DNA of 64,000 nucleotides from Candidatus Hodarchaeota archaeon (GCA_048886685.1 JBHLKM010000005.1:200659-264658), one strand, 5' to 3'; counted from the stretch's first letter, positions 28,839 through 39,418 are shown. Made by a program: numbers and translations. The notes: generated by a model from the letters alone, not told the origin.

Positions 28839-29330
28839 TTATAATTTTGTTCCACACATATGGCAAAATATTGCATCTCTATCTTGTTTTGCACCACAAT
28901 ATCGGCAATAATTGATTTCCTCCACAACTGGAATACTTTTTTCTTGGGGTTTATCGAATAGTTCTGTATTTTGTTCTTCAGTAGATCTTGGTACTTTATA
29001 TGGATTTAATACTGTATATGGATTTAATACAGTAATTTCTTTTTGATGAATTCTATTATGCTCATATATTGTTCTTTTTTTAGGAGGGCTATATGTCTTA
29101 CTCGTTGCTGCAGTAGCACAACAGACTAACATAATAATCATAAAAAAAACTGAAAATCCCCCGATCGTGTATATAATACCAGAATGAAATTCGGTTATTC
29201 TTGAACGATTGAAAAATAAGAAAAAGATAATTCCGAAAATTAAAAAAATAAGTAAGCCTACTACGGCTGCACCACTACTAGATCTACTATTTCTTCTTCT
29301 ATCGGTTATAAATGGAGCTACAAATGCCAT
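28839..29330 (-). CDS. 2-TM protein with a C-terminal zinc ribbon
   Basis: CRYCG...CHMCG; TVLNPY duplicated. Confidence 0.8.
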   Translation of the reverse strand: MAFVAPFITDRRRNSRSSSGAAVVGLLIFLIFGIIFFLFFNRSRITEFHSGIIYTIGGFSVFFMIIMLVCCATAATSKTYSPPKKRTIYEHNRIHQKEITVLNPYTVLNPYKVPRSTEEQNTELFDKPQEKSIPVVEEINYCRYCGAKQDRDAIFCHMCGTKL

Positions 29331-29665
29331 TTTTCTTTATCCAAATTATATATAAATATATTTTTTTATATTTTTTATTAATCTTAATATATAGACATAT
29401 ACTTATATATTTAAATGTTTTGATCTATGGGAGAATTCCGACAATACCGCGAAAAGCTTTTTTAATAAAAGTATTGAGATATATATATGTATATATAGAA
29501 CGAGATGAAAGACTTAAAAATATGGGGAAGATTTAGTATATATCCTTATATATGAATAGAAACATTTTTTAATGCCATTTACTCCTTTAATAAATAAGAT
29601 TAAAGTTTATTAATATAAAGATATATATTCAAATTGAGACATTAGTAAAAATCATAATTTCGGAG

Positions 29666-30412
29666 ATGATTCTTATCGCAAAGGAAAACGGCAAACTTGA
29701 TGACAAAATCGAGATTAAAGAGGCTGAACCTAAAGATAAACCTATATATGTCAAGGTAAGTGATGAAACTCGGGGTTTAATTGATAAATATAAAATTCAA
29801 GGAACTACTATTTCTGATCTCATAAGAAATGCGGTAAAATGTTATGATGATTTCAACTCCATCTCACCTGAAATTCATGCTACTATTGAGAAATATAGAG
29901 AAGAGGGAGAATCTGATATAGATTTTATCGAACGTGCGATTAAATATTTTGGTGATCAAAAAAATCTAGGTAGAGATCTCTGGGTGCGAGCGAGGGATGA
30001 AATGAAAATGATGTTGATTGGAAAAACTACTTTCAATCAACTAATTGCCGCCGCAGAAGCACCTGAAGAAAGCTTAGAAAAACCATGGCGCAAAAATGTA
30101 GCTATTGATATTATACTTTGGTATAATGAAGCAAAACCACTTAAAAATCTTTCAATAGAAGAAATAATTAAGACTATACAAAAAATGTGGGTAGTTGCGA
30201 ATTATTTCCATACAATTGATGTCGTCAAAGAGAGTGAAGATGAATTTCATATCCTCTTCAGACATAGACAAAATAAGCGTTATAGCTCTTACTGGTTAGG
30301 GTATTTCACAGAATTATTTACTTCAGAGGAAATGCCATTTAAATGTCAAGTTGAAGGGCATGTCTTTGATGAGTCTTTATCAATGATAGTAAAAGTTGGA
30401 TACCAAAAATAA
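29666..30412 (+). CDS. Putative regulator with a ribbon-helix-helix-like N-terminus
   Basis: IYVKVSDETRGLIDKY...TISDLIRNAV. Confidence 0.55.
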   Translation: MILIAKENGKLDDKIEIKEAEPKDKPIYVKVSDETRGLIDKYKIQGTTISDLIRNAVKCYDDFNSISPEIHATIEKYREEGESDIDFIERAIKYFGDQKNLGRDLWVRARDEMKMMLIGKTTFNQLIAAAEAPEESLEKPWRKNVAIDIILWYNEAKPLKNLSIEEIIKTIQKMWVVANYFHTIDVVKESEDEFHILFRHRQNKRYSSYWLGYFTELFTSEEMPFKCQVEGHVFDESLSMIVKVGYQK

Positions 30413-30720
30413 GTCATATAAAAAAGCAATTCTGTATTGTTTAAGTTTCTTTATCCAAATCCGTTAATTTCATTCTTTCTTATGTTTGATATGTTTTTTA
30501 TTTTATGGGTTATTAAACTCTCTTAAATCTGCGTTTAAGCATATTAGAATAGTCAAAACCACATGGAGTAAATCGATAGTTCTCAACCTTTTGTATAATA
30601 TCACTTTCTCTCTTGATATTTTCTGCTTTTACAGCCCTTTTAAGCTTTTCTTTTTTACTTTTCCTAAAAAAATGAAACATATTTTAACAATTCCTTTTTT
30701 TATAATAAATCTTCTTTTGA

Positions 30721-33273
30721 TTATTCTTTATCTAAATCTGCCAACTTCTTCGTATGGTATTCAATATCTTCAATCCATTCTTTCTTATGTTTAATATGAC
30801 AAAAGCAATAACGTACTATTTTCCTTGCTTCTTGAAAGTGGGTTTTTGCCTTATCATACCTTCCAAGTTGTTCATAGCATTTTCCTAAACCAACATGAGA
30901 TGCCGGTATGAACCAGCCAGTAGGTTCAGTTTCTATTGCTTTTTTATATAATTTTATTGAGTTTTCATAATCCCCAATCGTCATTAAGATCTCGCCGTAA
31001 GAATCAAAATAATTTCCTTCATAGGGGGCTCTTTCAGTGAGAGCTTTAATAGTGTCAATCGCTGCCTTCTTATTCTCCTCATCATCAATACCTTTATCTC
31101 TTTTTTGGTCGTAAATATAAATATGCCAGTATGCTTTGCTATTATAAAGATCAAGTTCTTCAGGATTTTGCTTTATAATGTCATCAATTATTTGTAATCC
31201 TATCTCGTAATTTCCTAACATCTTAAAAACATATGCTTTTTGCATTAAAAATTGTTTTTCATTATCTGGGAATCGTTTCATATTCTCTTCTAATATTGAT
31301 AATGCTTCATCATATTTTTCTAACTCCGTAAGTATTTTAGACTTACTGTAATATAAATCTACAATCTCATCTGTTAAGCCTAGAGCAATATCAATTTCCT
31401 CAAGCGCTTCTTCCTCTTTATCCATTTGTTCCAAAATTGAACTTTTAAATTGATAATACCTAGCTTTATTCAAAACTTTAGAATCAACCTTAATTACTTC
31501 ATCGATTAAATCCAATACATAATCCTCATTAACATCATCAACATCAAAATCATAAATAACACTATACCCATAAACTAATGCTCTTGCAGCAAGTACTATT
31601 GGATGATCTGGATAAATTTCGAGTGTGTTGTTGATAATATCTAATGCTTCCTTTGGAGTACCTAAAGAAGTGTATGAATAAACAAGAATAAATGAAGATG
31701 CTATATATATTCCCTCATCATCCCTAAAATGCTCAAAATCGATTTCCTCTTCAATTAAATTTATAGCTTCAACAAATTTGTTTACATGACAAAGAACCCT
31801 TGCTTTAAATAATTTAAATTCAATATCATCTAAACCTTTTTCAATCCTGGCATTTACAATTTCTAATGCTTTTTTATATTTGTGCTTATCTTTTAGTATT
31901 TCTTTTACTTCCTCAACTATTGATGAAATACTGGGAACCACATAATAATCATCTATTATATCAAAAATATTTGGAATAAGGTAATAATTCTCTTGACTTT
32001 CATCAAATTCTTTAGGAGCTTCAGCAGCAGCACTATAGTATTGAAATTCCTGCCAAATTGTTCCCTCCAATTTATCTGTAATTTCCTCTAATTTTTTCTT
32101 CGTCTCCATTTTGTATGCCAGATAATTTATATATCCTGGTAAAAATACTCGCAATGATTCCTTTAAACCAACATTAAATAGACTATCACAAATTTCATCT
32201 AATATTGCGTTGACTGTGGATTCTATTGTTAATGAGGGCGTACCTTTTGAAGTCTTCTCATATAACTTATTTAAATATGTAAATTTCGTAATGTAGTCCT
32301 CTGTAATCGCACTTAAAACCTTCTCAATCTTTTCATTTGCTTGAAAAAAATACAATCTATCTCCATCAGGCTCTAACTTGAAAAATTTCGTAGCGTATAT
32401 GTCCTTTTCAATGATTTTTCGAATATTAAATTCAAGATCCAATTCATCGATATCATACCGCTTTGAGAAGTCTTCTGTCGAAATATAGGCAGGATATTGA
32501 TTTGGATGATTCATAGAAAGGTATAAAAGTATTTTGTTAAAATCCTCTTCGGTATCAATTGAACCCTTCAATTTTTCAAATGGTAATGTCAGTACATTAT
32601 TCAAAAATCGAAATTTAATATCAGAATTTACAATGTCGTACTTTTCGAAAAACCGGATCGTTTTCCTTGTAATCTCCTCAATCCTCTTACTCTCTTCATT
32701 TAAAATCGATTGCCTGTCTAAATCATATGACCTTAACATTCGCGCATATTCCGCCTTACCTAATCGAGTAATCCGATACTCCTTAGCCTCATTTTTCCTA
32801 ATAAATTCACCCTCCATCAACAAATTTAAATTCTTAGATAAAGATGATTGATTGATTCTTACCGGTGAATCTTCTTCTATAAAATCTGACCATTTTAAAT
32901 AATTATTATTATAGGCCATCCAAAGTATTATATGATCATAATTTCTTGAATCCTTTATTACCTTAGGAGGCCTATTCAATTTTCTCTTTGCTTCCTTTAC
33001 TTTTGATAATTCGTTATATCTTTCCTCTCCTCTAAATGTAATAATATATTTACCCCTCTCTATTTTCTCGACATACCCTTTCCTTTTTAACATCGTCATA
33101 TAATTTGATAACGTTGATTGAGCGATATCGATAGGTTCACTTTTAAAATCTGACCACTCCACTTTCTCATTATTCTTCAACATCCAAAGGATAATATGTT
33201 CAAAATTCTTCCTTTCCGAAATCTGTGGATTTAAGATTTCCTCAGGTGGATAATTATTTGCTGTTCCACTCAT
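30721..33273 (-). CDS. Tandem winged-HTH plus TPR protein
   Basis: Two repeats, HIILWM...WSDF...QSTLS..L..KGYV..Y.IT..G and HIILWM...QSSLSKNL; C-terminal TPRs. Confidence 0.85.
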   Translation of the reverse strand: MSGTANNYPPEEILNPQISERKNFEHIILWMLKNNEKVEWSDFKSEPIDIAQSTLSNYMTMLKRKGYVEKIERGKYIITFRGEERYNELSKVKEAKRKLNRPPKVIKDSRNYDHIILWMAYNNNYLKWSDFIEEDSPVRINQSSLSKNLNLLMEGEFIRKNEAKEYRITRLGKAEYARMLRSYDLDRQSILNEESKRIEEITRKTIRFFEKYDIVNSDIKFRFLNNVLTLPFEKLKGSIDTEEDFNKILLYLSMNHPNQYPAYISTEDFSKRYDIDELDLEFNIRKIIEKDIYATKFFKLEPDGDRLYFFQANEKIEKVLSAITEDYITKFTYLNKLYEKTSKGTPSLTIESTVNAILDEICDSLFNVGLKESLRVFLPGYINYLAYKMETKKKLEEITDKLEGTIWQEFQYYSAAAEAPKEFDESQENYYLIPNIFDIIDDYYVVPSISSIVEEVKEILKDKHKYKKALEIVNARIEKGLDDIEFKLFKARVLCHVNKFVEAINLIEEEIDFEHFRDDEGIYIASSFILVYSYTSLGTPKEALDIINNTLEIYPDHPIVLAARALVYGYSVIYDFDVDDVNEDYVLDLIDEVIKVDSKVLNKARYYQFKSSILEQMDKEEEALEEIDIALGLTDEIVDLYYSKSKILTELEKYDEALSILEENMKRFPDNEKQFLMQKAYVFKMLGNYEIGLQIIDDIIKQNPEELDLYNSKAYWHIYIYDQKRDKGIDDEENKKAAIDTIKALTERAPYEGNYFDSYGEILMTIGDYENSIKLYKKAIETEPTGWFIPASHVGLGKCYEQLGRYDKAKTHFQEARKIVRYCFCHIKHKKEWIEDIEYHTKKLADLDKE

Positions 33274-33289
33274 GATATTTTCACTAATA

Positions 33290-33415
33290 AGTTCATTTAA
33301 AGTACTAATATTTTGTGAATAATTCTACAAATAATGTATAATTCAACTCATATTTAAGGTTTCTTGTTCATAATGTAGCTTGAACTACACTTGAAGTACA
33401 GACTACCACTGAAGT
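33290..33415. promoter_or_regulatory. Three copies of ACT-N5-TGAA(G/C)T in the divergent intergenic region
   Basis: 33290-33303 (reverse), 33384-33397, 33402-33415; two more copies at 52844-52857 and 53063-53076 (reverse). Confidence 0.5.
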
Positions 33416-33501
33416 ATTGCACTAGAAACTATATATTGGTGCAATTCTTCATATTAATTAAGAAAAAAAAGAAAAAAAAAGTAAAAAGAGTTAGAAAAAA
33501 A

Positions 33502-33765
33502 ATGGAAAAATTAGAGCAAGTGGATATAGATTGTGTAAGTGCGCTGGAGTGCGCGAAAATTGAAGTCTGTATAGAAATACCAGATGAGAAAATTAAACCA
33601 ATCGAAAAGACCAAGGTTCATGAAAAGCCAGTCAAATCTCGGTTATCAAAGTTATTTAAGAAGTCAAGGTTAAATGCAAAGTACGTAGAAGAGTTAATTC
33701 CCGTTGAAAGTTTAAAATACAGACACGATTTAAGGATTTATGAAAAAAGTCATTTAATCTTTTAA
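33502..33765 (+). CDS. Small hypothetical protein (start likely at MEKLEQ)
   Basis: The upstream part of the track ORF reads through an A-rich leader. Confidence 0.55.
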   Translation: MEKLEQVDIDCVSALECAKIEVCIEIPDEKIKPIEKTKVHEKPVKSRLSKLFKKSRLNAKYVEELIPVESLKYRHDLRIYEKSHLIF

Positions 33766-33882
33766 AATAATAAACAAAGAAGAAAAAAGGATGAGAAGTA
33801 TGAAGAAAGGACCTGTGTGTTATCTTTATTACACCATAAAAAGTAAGAGAGACAAAAAAAATCAAAAAGGAGGTAAATAAAA

Positions 33883-33951
33883 ATGAGCAAAAGAATGTTA
33901 GAGAGAAGAGAGTTAATAATCATAACTAATTTAATTTACCGAATGAGGTAA
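33883..33951 (+). CDS. 22-aa basic peptide MSKRMLERRELIIITNLIYRMR
   Basis: Strong AGGAGGT SD upstream and a T-rich terminator-like tract downstream. Confidence 0.5.
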   Translation: MSKRMLERRELIIITNLIYRMR

Positions 33952-34007
33952 ATAATTTTTTTTCTATTTTTAATTTTTTATGACACTCATATTTTTATCA
34001 ACTCATC

Positions 34008-34128
34008 GAAGCCAAAGAAGCGGTATCTTTTCCATTTCCATCGTGGCTTCACATCAGGAGCAGGGGCGGGGCTCTGATCCGCCCAAATTCCCACTTTTAC
34101 AAACCTAAAAACCCAAACCAGTGAAAGA
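34008..34128. repeat. GC-rich structured intergenic element with a diverged copy at 50695-50857
   Basis: tttccatttccat-N19-caggggcggg and ccagtgaaaga occur in both copies; inverted repeats GAAGCCA/TGGCTTC and GGGCGG/CCGCCC. Confidence 0.6.
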
Positions 34129-34289
34129 ATATTTTCTATACATGATTCTAACTCATCAAAAACATAAAGAAGAAGCTGTTGGACATTTTTTTGATAAGAA
34201 TGTAAAAATTTAAATAAAATTGAAAAAAATTACTATTACCACGAAATCTAATTCAAATAAAACAAATAGTAAAAGGAGAAAATTAAATT

Positions 34290-34619
34290 ATGCCTTATAT
34301 GGTTATAACAAGTTGGTATCCGAGTCATAAATTACCTGATGTTATAAAAATATATGCTGAATTGCTGAAAAAATATCCCCCAAGTTCTTTAGAAGAATTA
34401 GGAGAAACATGTGTAAATAATGCTGGAACGTCAACGGAAAATGGATTAAAAGCGATGAGTGTTTATGACGTAAAAGAAGGGAAGCTTGAAGAAGCTCTAA
34501 AAACAGCTAGACGTGCTTTAGCAATGTTTCGATCCATTGAAGGATATGTTTATACAATAGAGGTTTGGACAACGATTACCGAAGGTTTTGAATCTATAGG
34601 AATGCAAGCTCCTACATAG
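34290..34619 (+). CDS. Small alpha/beta protein, paralog of 39419-39724
   Basis: MPYMVITSWYPSHK...IEGYVYTIEVW; AGGAG SD. Confidence 0.8.
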   Translation: MPYMVITSWYPSHKLPDVIKIYAELLKKYPPSSLEELGETCVNNAGTSTENGLKAMSVYDVKEGKLEEALKTARRALAMFRSIEGYVYTIEVWTTITEGFESIGMQAPT

Positions 34620-34936
34620 GTAAAGATATTAAAAGTAATTCAAATTTCATTTTTTTTTTATTCTTAGTTTTTTATTATCATTTGTAAAGATATAAATAAA
34701 TTAAAAACACCTGTGAATCGTTCTTCTTCTTTTAGGGGATCTAAACACCGGGAACCTCAACTTTTAAAAATTCAATTCTTCTACTTGATTGTTTACCGTA
34801 GAAGAGCTGATTATTACAGAGAAAAAAGAGTTTTTCCATCATCTCCATTTTATCAGAAGCTTTCTCCAAGTCTATCACCTTTAGGATTAGAGCATTATTA
34901 ATGTGGAGACTTATTTTTTTAGCATTCATTTTTTAA

Positions 34937-35158
34937 TCACCCTACTGCTAAAAGCAGTAGGATAGCTATTATTATAGTACAGACACCACAGATAAGAGTT
35001 GATATAGTTTCAAATCTAAGAACCTTATGTAACTCTTCATATTTCCCTTTTCTTGTATCTCTTTTATAGTGCCGACTACATACGTATAGTTTAATACTCC
35101 CCTGCTTGATAGATCTCGTGACTTTATTATTACAGTTAAAATATTCACATTTTTTCAT
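34937..35158 (-). CDS. Small Cys/His protein with a C-terminal TM helix
   Basis: CEYFNC...CSRH; hydrophobic tail; GGTGA SD. Confidence 0.55.
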   Translation of the reverse strand: MKKCEYFNCNNKVTRSIKQGSIKLYVCSRHYKRDTRKGKYEELHKVLRFETISTLICGVCTIIIAILLLLAVG

Positions 35159-35376
35159 TTTTTACATCACCTTGGATACTTTGATTTCTTTAAGTGTTCT
35201 CTTAAAGTATAAAATTGTAAGAATTATTTTTAACATTTTTGGAAGATCATGTTCGGTAATTCAGAGTAAATCTTGTCTATTATGAACAAGTAAGCAGATT
35301 TTTATAACCAAAAAGAAATCTTTCAAAGATATTAAATACTAATTTGTAATCCTTTTACATAAGTGCTAAATTCTTA

Positions 35377-35937
35377 GTGTGGGGTATTCTTGAGATGCTT
35401 GAGATGTATGATGCCACTTATAAAGTTATGTTGTTGGGGGATGAGGGTGTAGGGAAAAAAACCTTTGGCCAAGCCTTCCTAAATAAATTATTTAAGGAAG
35501 ATACTAAAATGACTATTGGGGTGGATTTTGAATTCAAGAGCCTAGAGATTAATGGGAAAAAAATAAAACTACAAGTATGGTATGTTGGGGGAAAAAGATT
35601 TTTTTGGTCTGTATTGCCCATGTATGTTAGAGGAGCTAATGGAGTACTCATTCTATATGATGTAACCAATTACTCTTCTTTAGCTTCTATTGATGAGTTT
35701 CTCTCAATCATTAGAAAGGAAATGAAATCAGAACAGGATACCTTTCCTATTGTAGTGGTAGGTAATAAAGCGGATCTTGAAGACGCACGGGAGATTACTG
35801 GTGAGGAAGGACTTGAGTTTGCCAAATCAAGGGGAGTAGATGGGTTTATCGAATGTAGCGCAAAAACTGGTGAACATGTTGAGGAGGCATTTGACGGTTT
35901 AACTCGTTTAATGATGCAAAGATCAGGCTTGATATGA
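35377..35937 (+). CDS. Rab-like small GTPase with degenerate G1/G3
   Basis: GDEGVGKKT, TIGVDF, QVWYVGG, GNKAD, ECSAK. Confidence 0.88.
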   Translation: MWGILEMLEMYDATYKVMLLGDEGVGKKTFGQAFLNKLFKEDTKMTIGVDFEFKSLEINGKKIKLQVWYVGGKRFFWSVLPMYVRGANGVLILYDVTNYSSLASIDEFLSIIRKEMKSEQDTFPIVVVGNKADLEDAREITGEEGLEFAKSRGVDGFIECSAKTGEHVEEAFDGLTRLMMQRSGLI

Positions 35938-35992
35938 ATAAATATTTTCCTAATAATATCAAATCTAAAAATGTAAATAGAAGATGTGAAAA

Positions 35993-36265
35993 ATGAAAAA
36001 TTTATTTGGTTTTACCGGAATGCTCTGCGGAATTTTAGCATTTGGATTAATCTGGGGTTTCTCCGGATGTTGGATTGATTTCTTATCGATCTTAGGAATA
36101 GTATTTGGAATGATAGGGATTACTGGTGATGATTCAAAAGTCATGGGAGTAGTAGGTTTGATTTTTGGAATTATCGGGTTAATTCTAGGTATGGAACTTT
36201 ACATCTATACACATGGTTCGTATTACCAACCATTACTTACACCAAATTCTTTATCTCCTAAATAA
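35993..36265 (+). CDS. Small Gly-rich membrane protein
   Basis: Three hydrophobic GxxxG-rich segments. Confidence 0.65.
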   Translation: MKNLFGFTGMLCGILAFGLIWGFSGCWIDFLSILGIVFGMIGITGDDSKVMGVVGLIFGIIGLILGMELYIYTHGSYYQPLLTPNSLSPK

Positions 36266-36497
36266 TGAAATCTCGGAAATTAAAGGCCTTAATGAGTTAA
36301 GAAATTTGAGAGTCTTAGAGTTAGGTTGTAATAAAATTAAGGAGATTAATGGTCTCGAGCAATTAGTAAATTTGGAGCGGGTATCTCTTGTACATAAGAA
36401 AATTAATCATATTAGTGGAATGGAGAAAATCATCGATATCATTGATCTTGATGGAAATCCAATAAATCAATCTTGTCATACTCAGAAAAAGGATTGA
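36213..36497 (+). pseudogene. 3' remnant of an SDS22-like LRR gene
   Basis: NNEISEIKGLNELRNLRVLELGCNKIKEINGLEQLVNL...LDGNPI; no convincing start; overlaps the upstream gene. Confidence 0.75.
36411..36470 (+). repeat. 60-bp direct repeat, copy 1
   Basis: 57/60 identical to 39811-39870. Confidence 0.95.
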
Positions 36498-36619
36498 AAA
36501 GAAAGATTTAAAATAAAAAAAAGGATAAAAAAAATTGTTTATTTATATTTATATTATTTCACCAAGGCCCAAATTATAATTCGAGCCAAGTTCACCAAGA
36601 AGTTTTGTTTATGAAACAG

Positions 36620-37090
36620 TTATTTTTTTCTTTTTCTACGACTAATTTGCTCTAATAATTCTACAATGCAACCAATTTTTTCTTCAGTATCTAAATAAGT
36701 AAATCTAACATTTAAGATATAACCCGACTGCAAAATTCTAATTCCATTTTTTTTAAATTCTTCTATATATGGATCAGTATCATCAACATATACTGCAATA
36801 TGGTGAAGTCCTTCCTTTCCTTGATCTAAAAATTCTTTATATGAACATTCACCATCAATCCACTTAATTAATTCAATTTGAGTGTTACCTAAACGACTGA
36901 TAGCGATTTGAATGGTGACCTGCGATTCTTTTCCTCGAAATTGAATAGGATGAGTTGTTGGGGGAGTAAATATAAATTTAGGAAGACTTAAAATATTCTG
37001 CATTACATCTGCTTGGTTCTCTATTTCTTTAAAAACAAAGCCTAATTGATCAACTTTTAAATTTCCAAAATTAAATTTGAAATTTTCCAT
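36620..37090 (-). CDS. VOC family protein (methylmalonyl-CoA epimerase-like)
   Basis: VDQLGFV, QIELI, GEGLHH-like EGLHHIAV, IVELLE. Confidence 0.88.
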   Translation of the reverse strand: MENFKFNFGNLKVDQLGFVFKEIENQADVMQNILSLPKFIFTPPTTHPIQFRGKESQVTIQIAISRLGNTQIELIKWIDGECSYKEFLDQGKEGLHHIAVYVDDTDPYIEEFKKNGIRILQSGYILNVRFTYLDTEEKIGCIVELLEQISRRKRKK

Positions 37091-37251
37091 AGTTTTTCTT
37101 ATTTTTTATATTAATTTCGTATAATATTTTACAATACATATAATTTATAATTTGCGTCCAGTAATTTGGACATTCAAGCCTTATGGATTGTCGAGGCTGA
37201 AAAATTGTCTTGTTAGAAGAAAATGGACGGTTTGGTTAAAAAAAATAGATA

Positions 37252-38214
37252 TTAAATTAAAATACTACCGTTTTTTAGAATTTTCTTTCCATCAATTTCA
37301 ATTGTAACATCTTTCATTACACCATCATGATGAATGTTGCTATATGTTTGTCCTCCAATATTAATATTTTTTCCAATAGCTAGATGTGCTGTACCTATCA
37401 TCATTTTATCTCCTACAGTCCCAGATGGCTTTTTCATTGTATGATTTGTTCCAATACCTAATTCTGCGATATTAGTTGCGTTATTATCAGCAGCTTTTAT
37501 GATTGTTCTTATTTTCTCTGCTTCTTCAGCGCCTTCAATTTTCACAGCACGACCATTTTCTACCAATACTTCTACAGGCGTTTTAATTGCACCGACTTTT
37601 TCAAAAAAAACATCTATGACCCAGATTCCCTGAGCTGTCCCTTCTACAGGGGCTATGGCTGCCTCGGCATATTCAGGAACAGCACCCCATGCTCCAGGTA
37701 CGGCATGTCTTACTCTAAGAGGAGCTGATATTCTATCGTCGATAGATAATATAATGTCAGTTCCGATTTTTGTTGTAATTTTTGCTTCTTCCCCATTAGT
37801 CAATATATCAGCCAATTTCTCTGTTAATTCTGTAATTTTATAAATATCTTCCTTAGTAATGTCGGGTTTAATATAAGGAACTCCCCCTACTCTTACTCCC
37901 ACGTCAGTTGCAGCCCTTCTTGCATTCATATGAAGAAATAATTGAATCGTGCTAGAGGAAAGAACGCCCATCACTACGTCTGAGTTTAGCATTTGTTTAC
38001 TTACTTCTTCAGGAGGTTCTATCTGCATATCCTTATTATCTACTTGACTAAGTATAACTTGAGCACCTAACGCTTCAGCTTCTTCTGCTAAAAGATTGGC
38101 ATTTCTATCAAAACCCTTAGAAAAAATAATTAACACTTTTTCTTTTGGCTTTATTCCCATACAAGTCTCTACAATAACTCGAGCTCCGTTCCTATAATCA
38201 AGTCTTTTACTCAT
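37252..38214 (-). CDS. M29/aminopeptidase T-like metallopeptidase
   Basis: EAAIAPVEGTAQG, NIAELGIGTN, GTAHLAIG, HHDGV. Confidence 0.88.
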   Translation of the reverse strand: MSKRLDYRNGARVIVETCMGIKPKEKVLIIFSKGFDRNANLLAEEAEALGAQVILSQVDNKDMQIEPPEEVSKQMLNSDVVMGVLSSSTIQLFLHMNARRAATDVGVRVGGVPYIKPDITKEDIYKITELTEKLADILTNGEEAKITTKIGTDIILSIDDRISAPLRVRHAVPGAWGAVPEYAEAAIAPVEGTAQGIWVIDVFFEKVGAIKTPVEVLVENGRAVKIEGAEEAEKIRTIIKAADNNATNIAELGIGTNHTMKKPSGTVGDKMMIGTAHLAIGKNINIGGQTYSNIHHDGVMKDVTIEIDGKKILKNGSILI

Positions 38215-38489
38215 TTTCTCTCAATTCATTCAAAAGAAATCTTTCTCGAATATAAATGTTATTAAGTTTTCTTGCAGAGATAGAGGTACAAGAAGGTATA
38301 GTACTTTGATTTTCATAGTTTTCCTCACAACTAAAGATGAAGTTATCCCAAATAATAATAGAATTATAACAATAAAATTACTATACCAATTTTCTTACAA
38401 AATGATTTTGATTCTTACCAATCTCTTTATTCAGAACCTATTAAATAAGTATATTTATAATTGATTTTATTTATTGATTCCATCAATTT

Positions 38490-39296
38490 CTATGATTCTC
38501 GATTTAATGATTTTATTAGAAATAGATTTGACACCAAAAGTATCCAAGCAGAGAGGGAAAACATAAGGAGCCATTCCCAAAAAGGAGCCCATTGCCACAA
38601 GGGTAAAGTAGTCCAAAATTCATCAGTATACCAAAGATACGGTACTGTATAAAAGAAACCAAAAAATATTGGAGTTAGAATCCATGTATTTATCGTTAAT
38701 ATTATCCGAGCAGGAAGTGTCCGTTTTATGCCAATTTGTGTTTCTAATATATCAGGAAATATAATAAATTGTGATGCAACTAGAATTCCACTAACCATAA
38801 AAAAGATAAATGCAAAATCTGCTACAATATCATGCCAGAAATAATTAGGAAAAGGTGGACCTATAATACTATCTAATTTTTCACCAATATCCTCAGAAAT
38901 TACTCCAGTTAGAAATAATCCGCACATAGCAATTAGCATACATAATAAGGTCAAATTACCCAATAATTTTCTTAATTTTTTTGATCCATCACCTATCAAG
39001 ACTTCTCTTAGGTAGAATGAGACAGGGACCATTAGTATAGAGGTTTGCATCATTCCAAAATCAATAATTATAGGCATTGGAGTTAAGTCAAGATTACCTA
39101 GATCACTTATATAATTAATTAAGATATTAAAACCAGCTGGATCATGAGGAGGGCCTGCAGGATCTAATTGACCAATTAAAATTGCTAATATAACACTTGA
39201 AATCCAAACAAAAGATGCCCCTATGCATGAAAACTTCACAACCTTAGGATGTGTTACCAGCTTATAAAAATTATTAGCTTTATCTTTTAATCCCAT
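38490..39296 (-). CDS. Multi-TM membrane protein (DUF998/Frag1-like)
   Basis: NYISDLG, WHDIVA, PFWEW. Confidence 0.75.
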   Translation of the reverse strand: MGLKDKANNFYKLVTHPKVVKFSCIGASFVWISSVILAILIGQLDPAGPPHDPAGFNILINYISDLGNLDLTPMPIIIDFGMMQTSILMVPVSFYLREVLIGDGSKKLRKLLGNLTLLCMLIAMCGLFLTGVISEDIGEKLDSIIGPPFPNYFWHDIVADFAFIFFMVSGILVASQFIIFPDILETQIGIKRTLPARIILTINTWILTPIFFGFFYTVPYLWYTDEFWTTLPLWQWAPFWEWLLMFSLSAWILLVSNLFLIKSLNRES

Positions 39297-39418
39297 AATT
39301 GTAAAACCATTTCTTTTAATTTTAATAAAAATAGTTGAGTCTATGTTATATTAATATTTTCCTTTGAACGAATGATATAATAAAAAAAAAAAGATTTAAT
39401 AATATAAGTTAGATACAA

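Noticed and set aside
29312-30794. ORFs 29312-29536 and 30486-30794
   Set aside because: They are low-complexity translations of AT-rich intergenic DNA.
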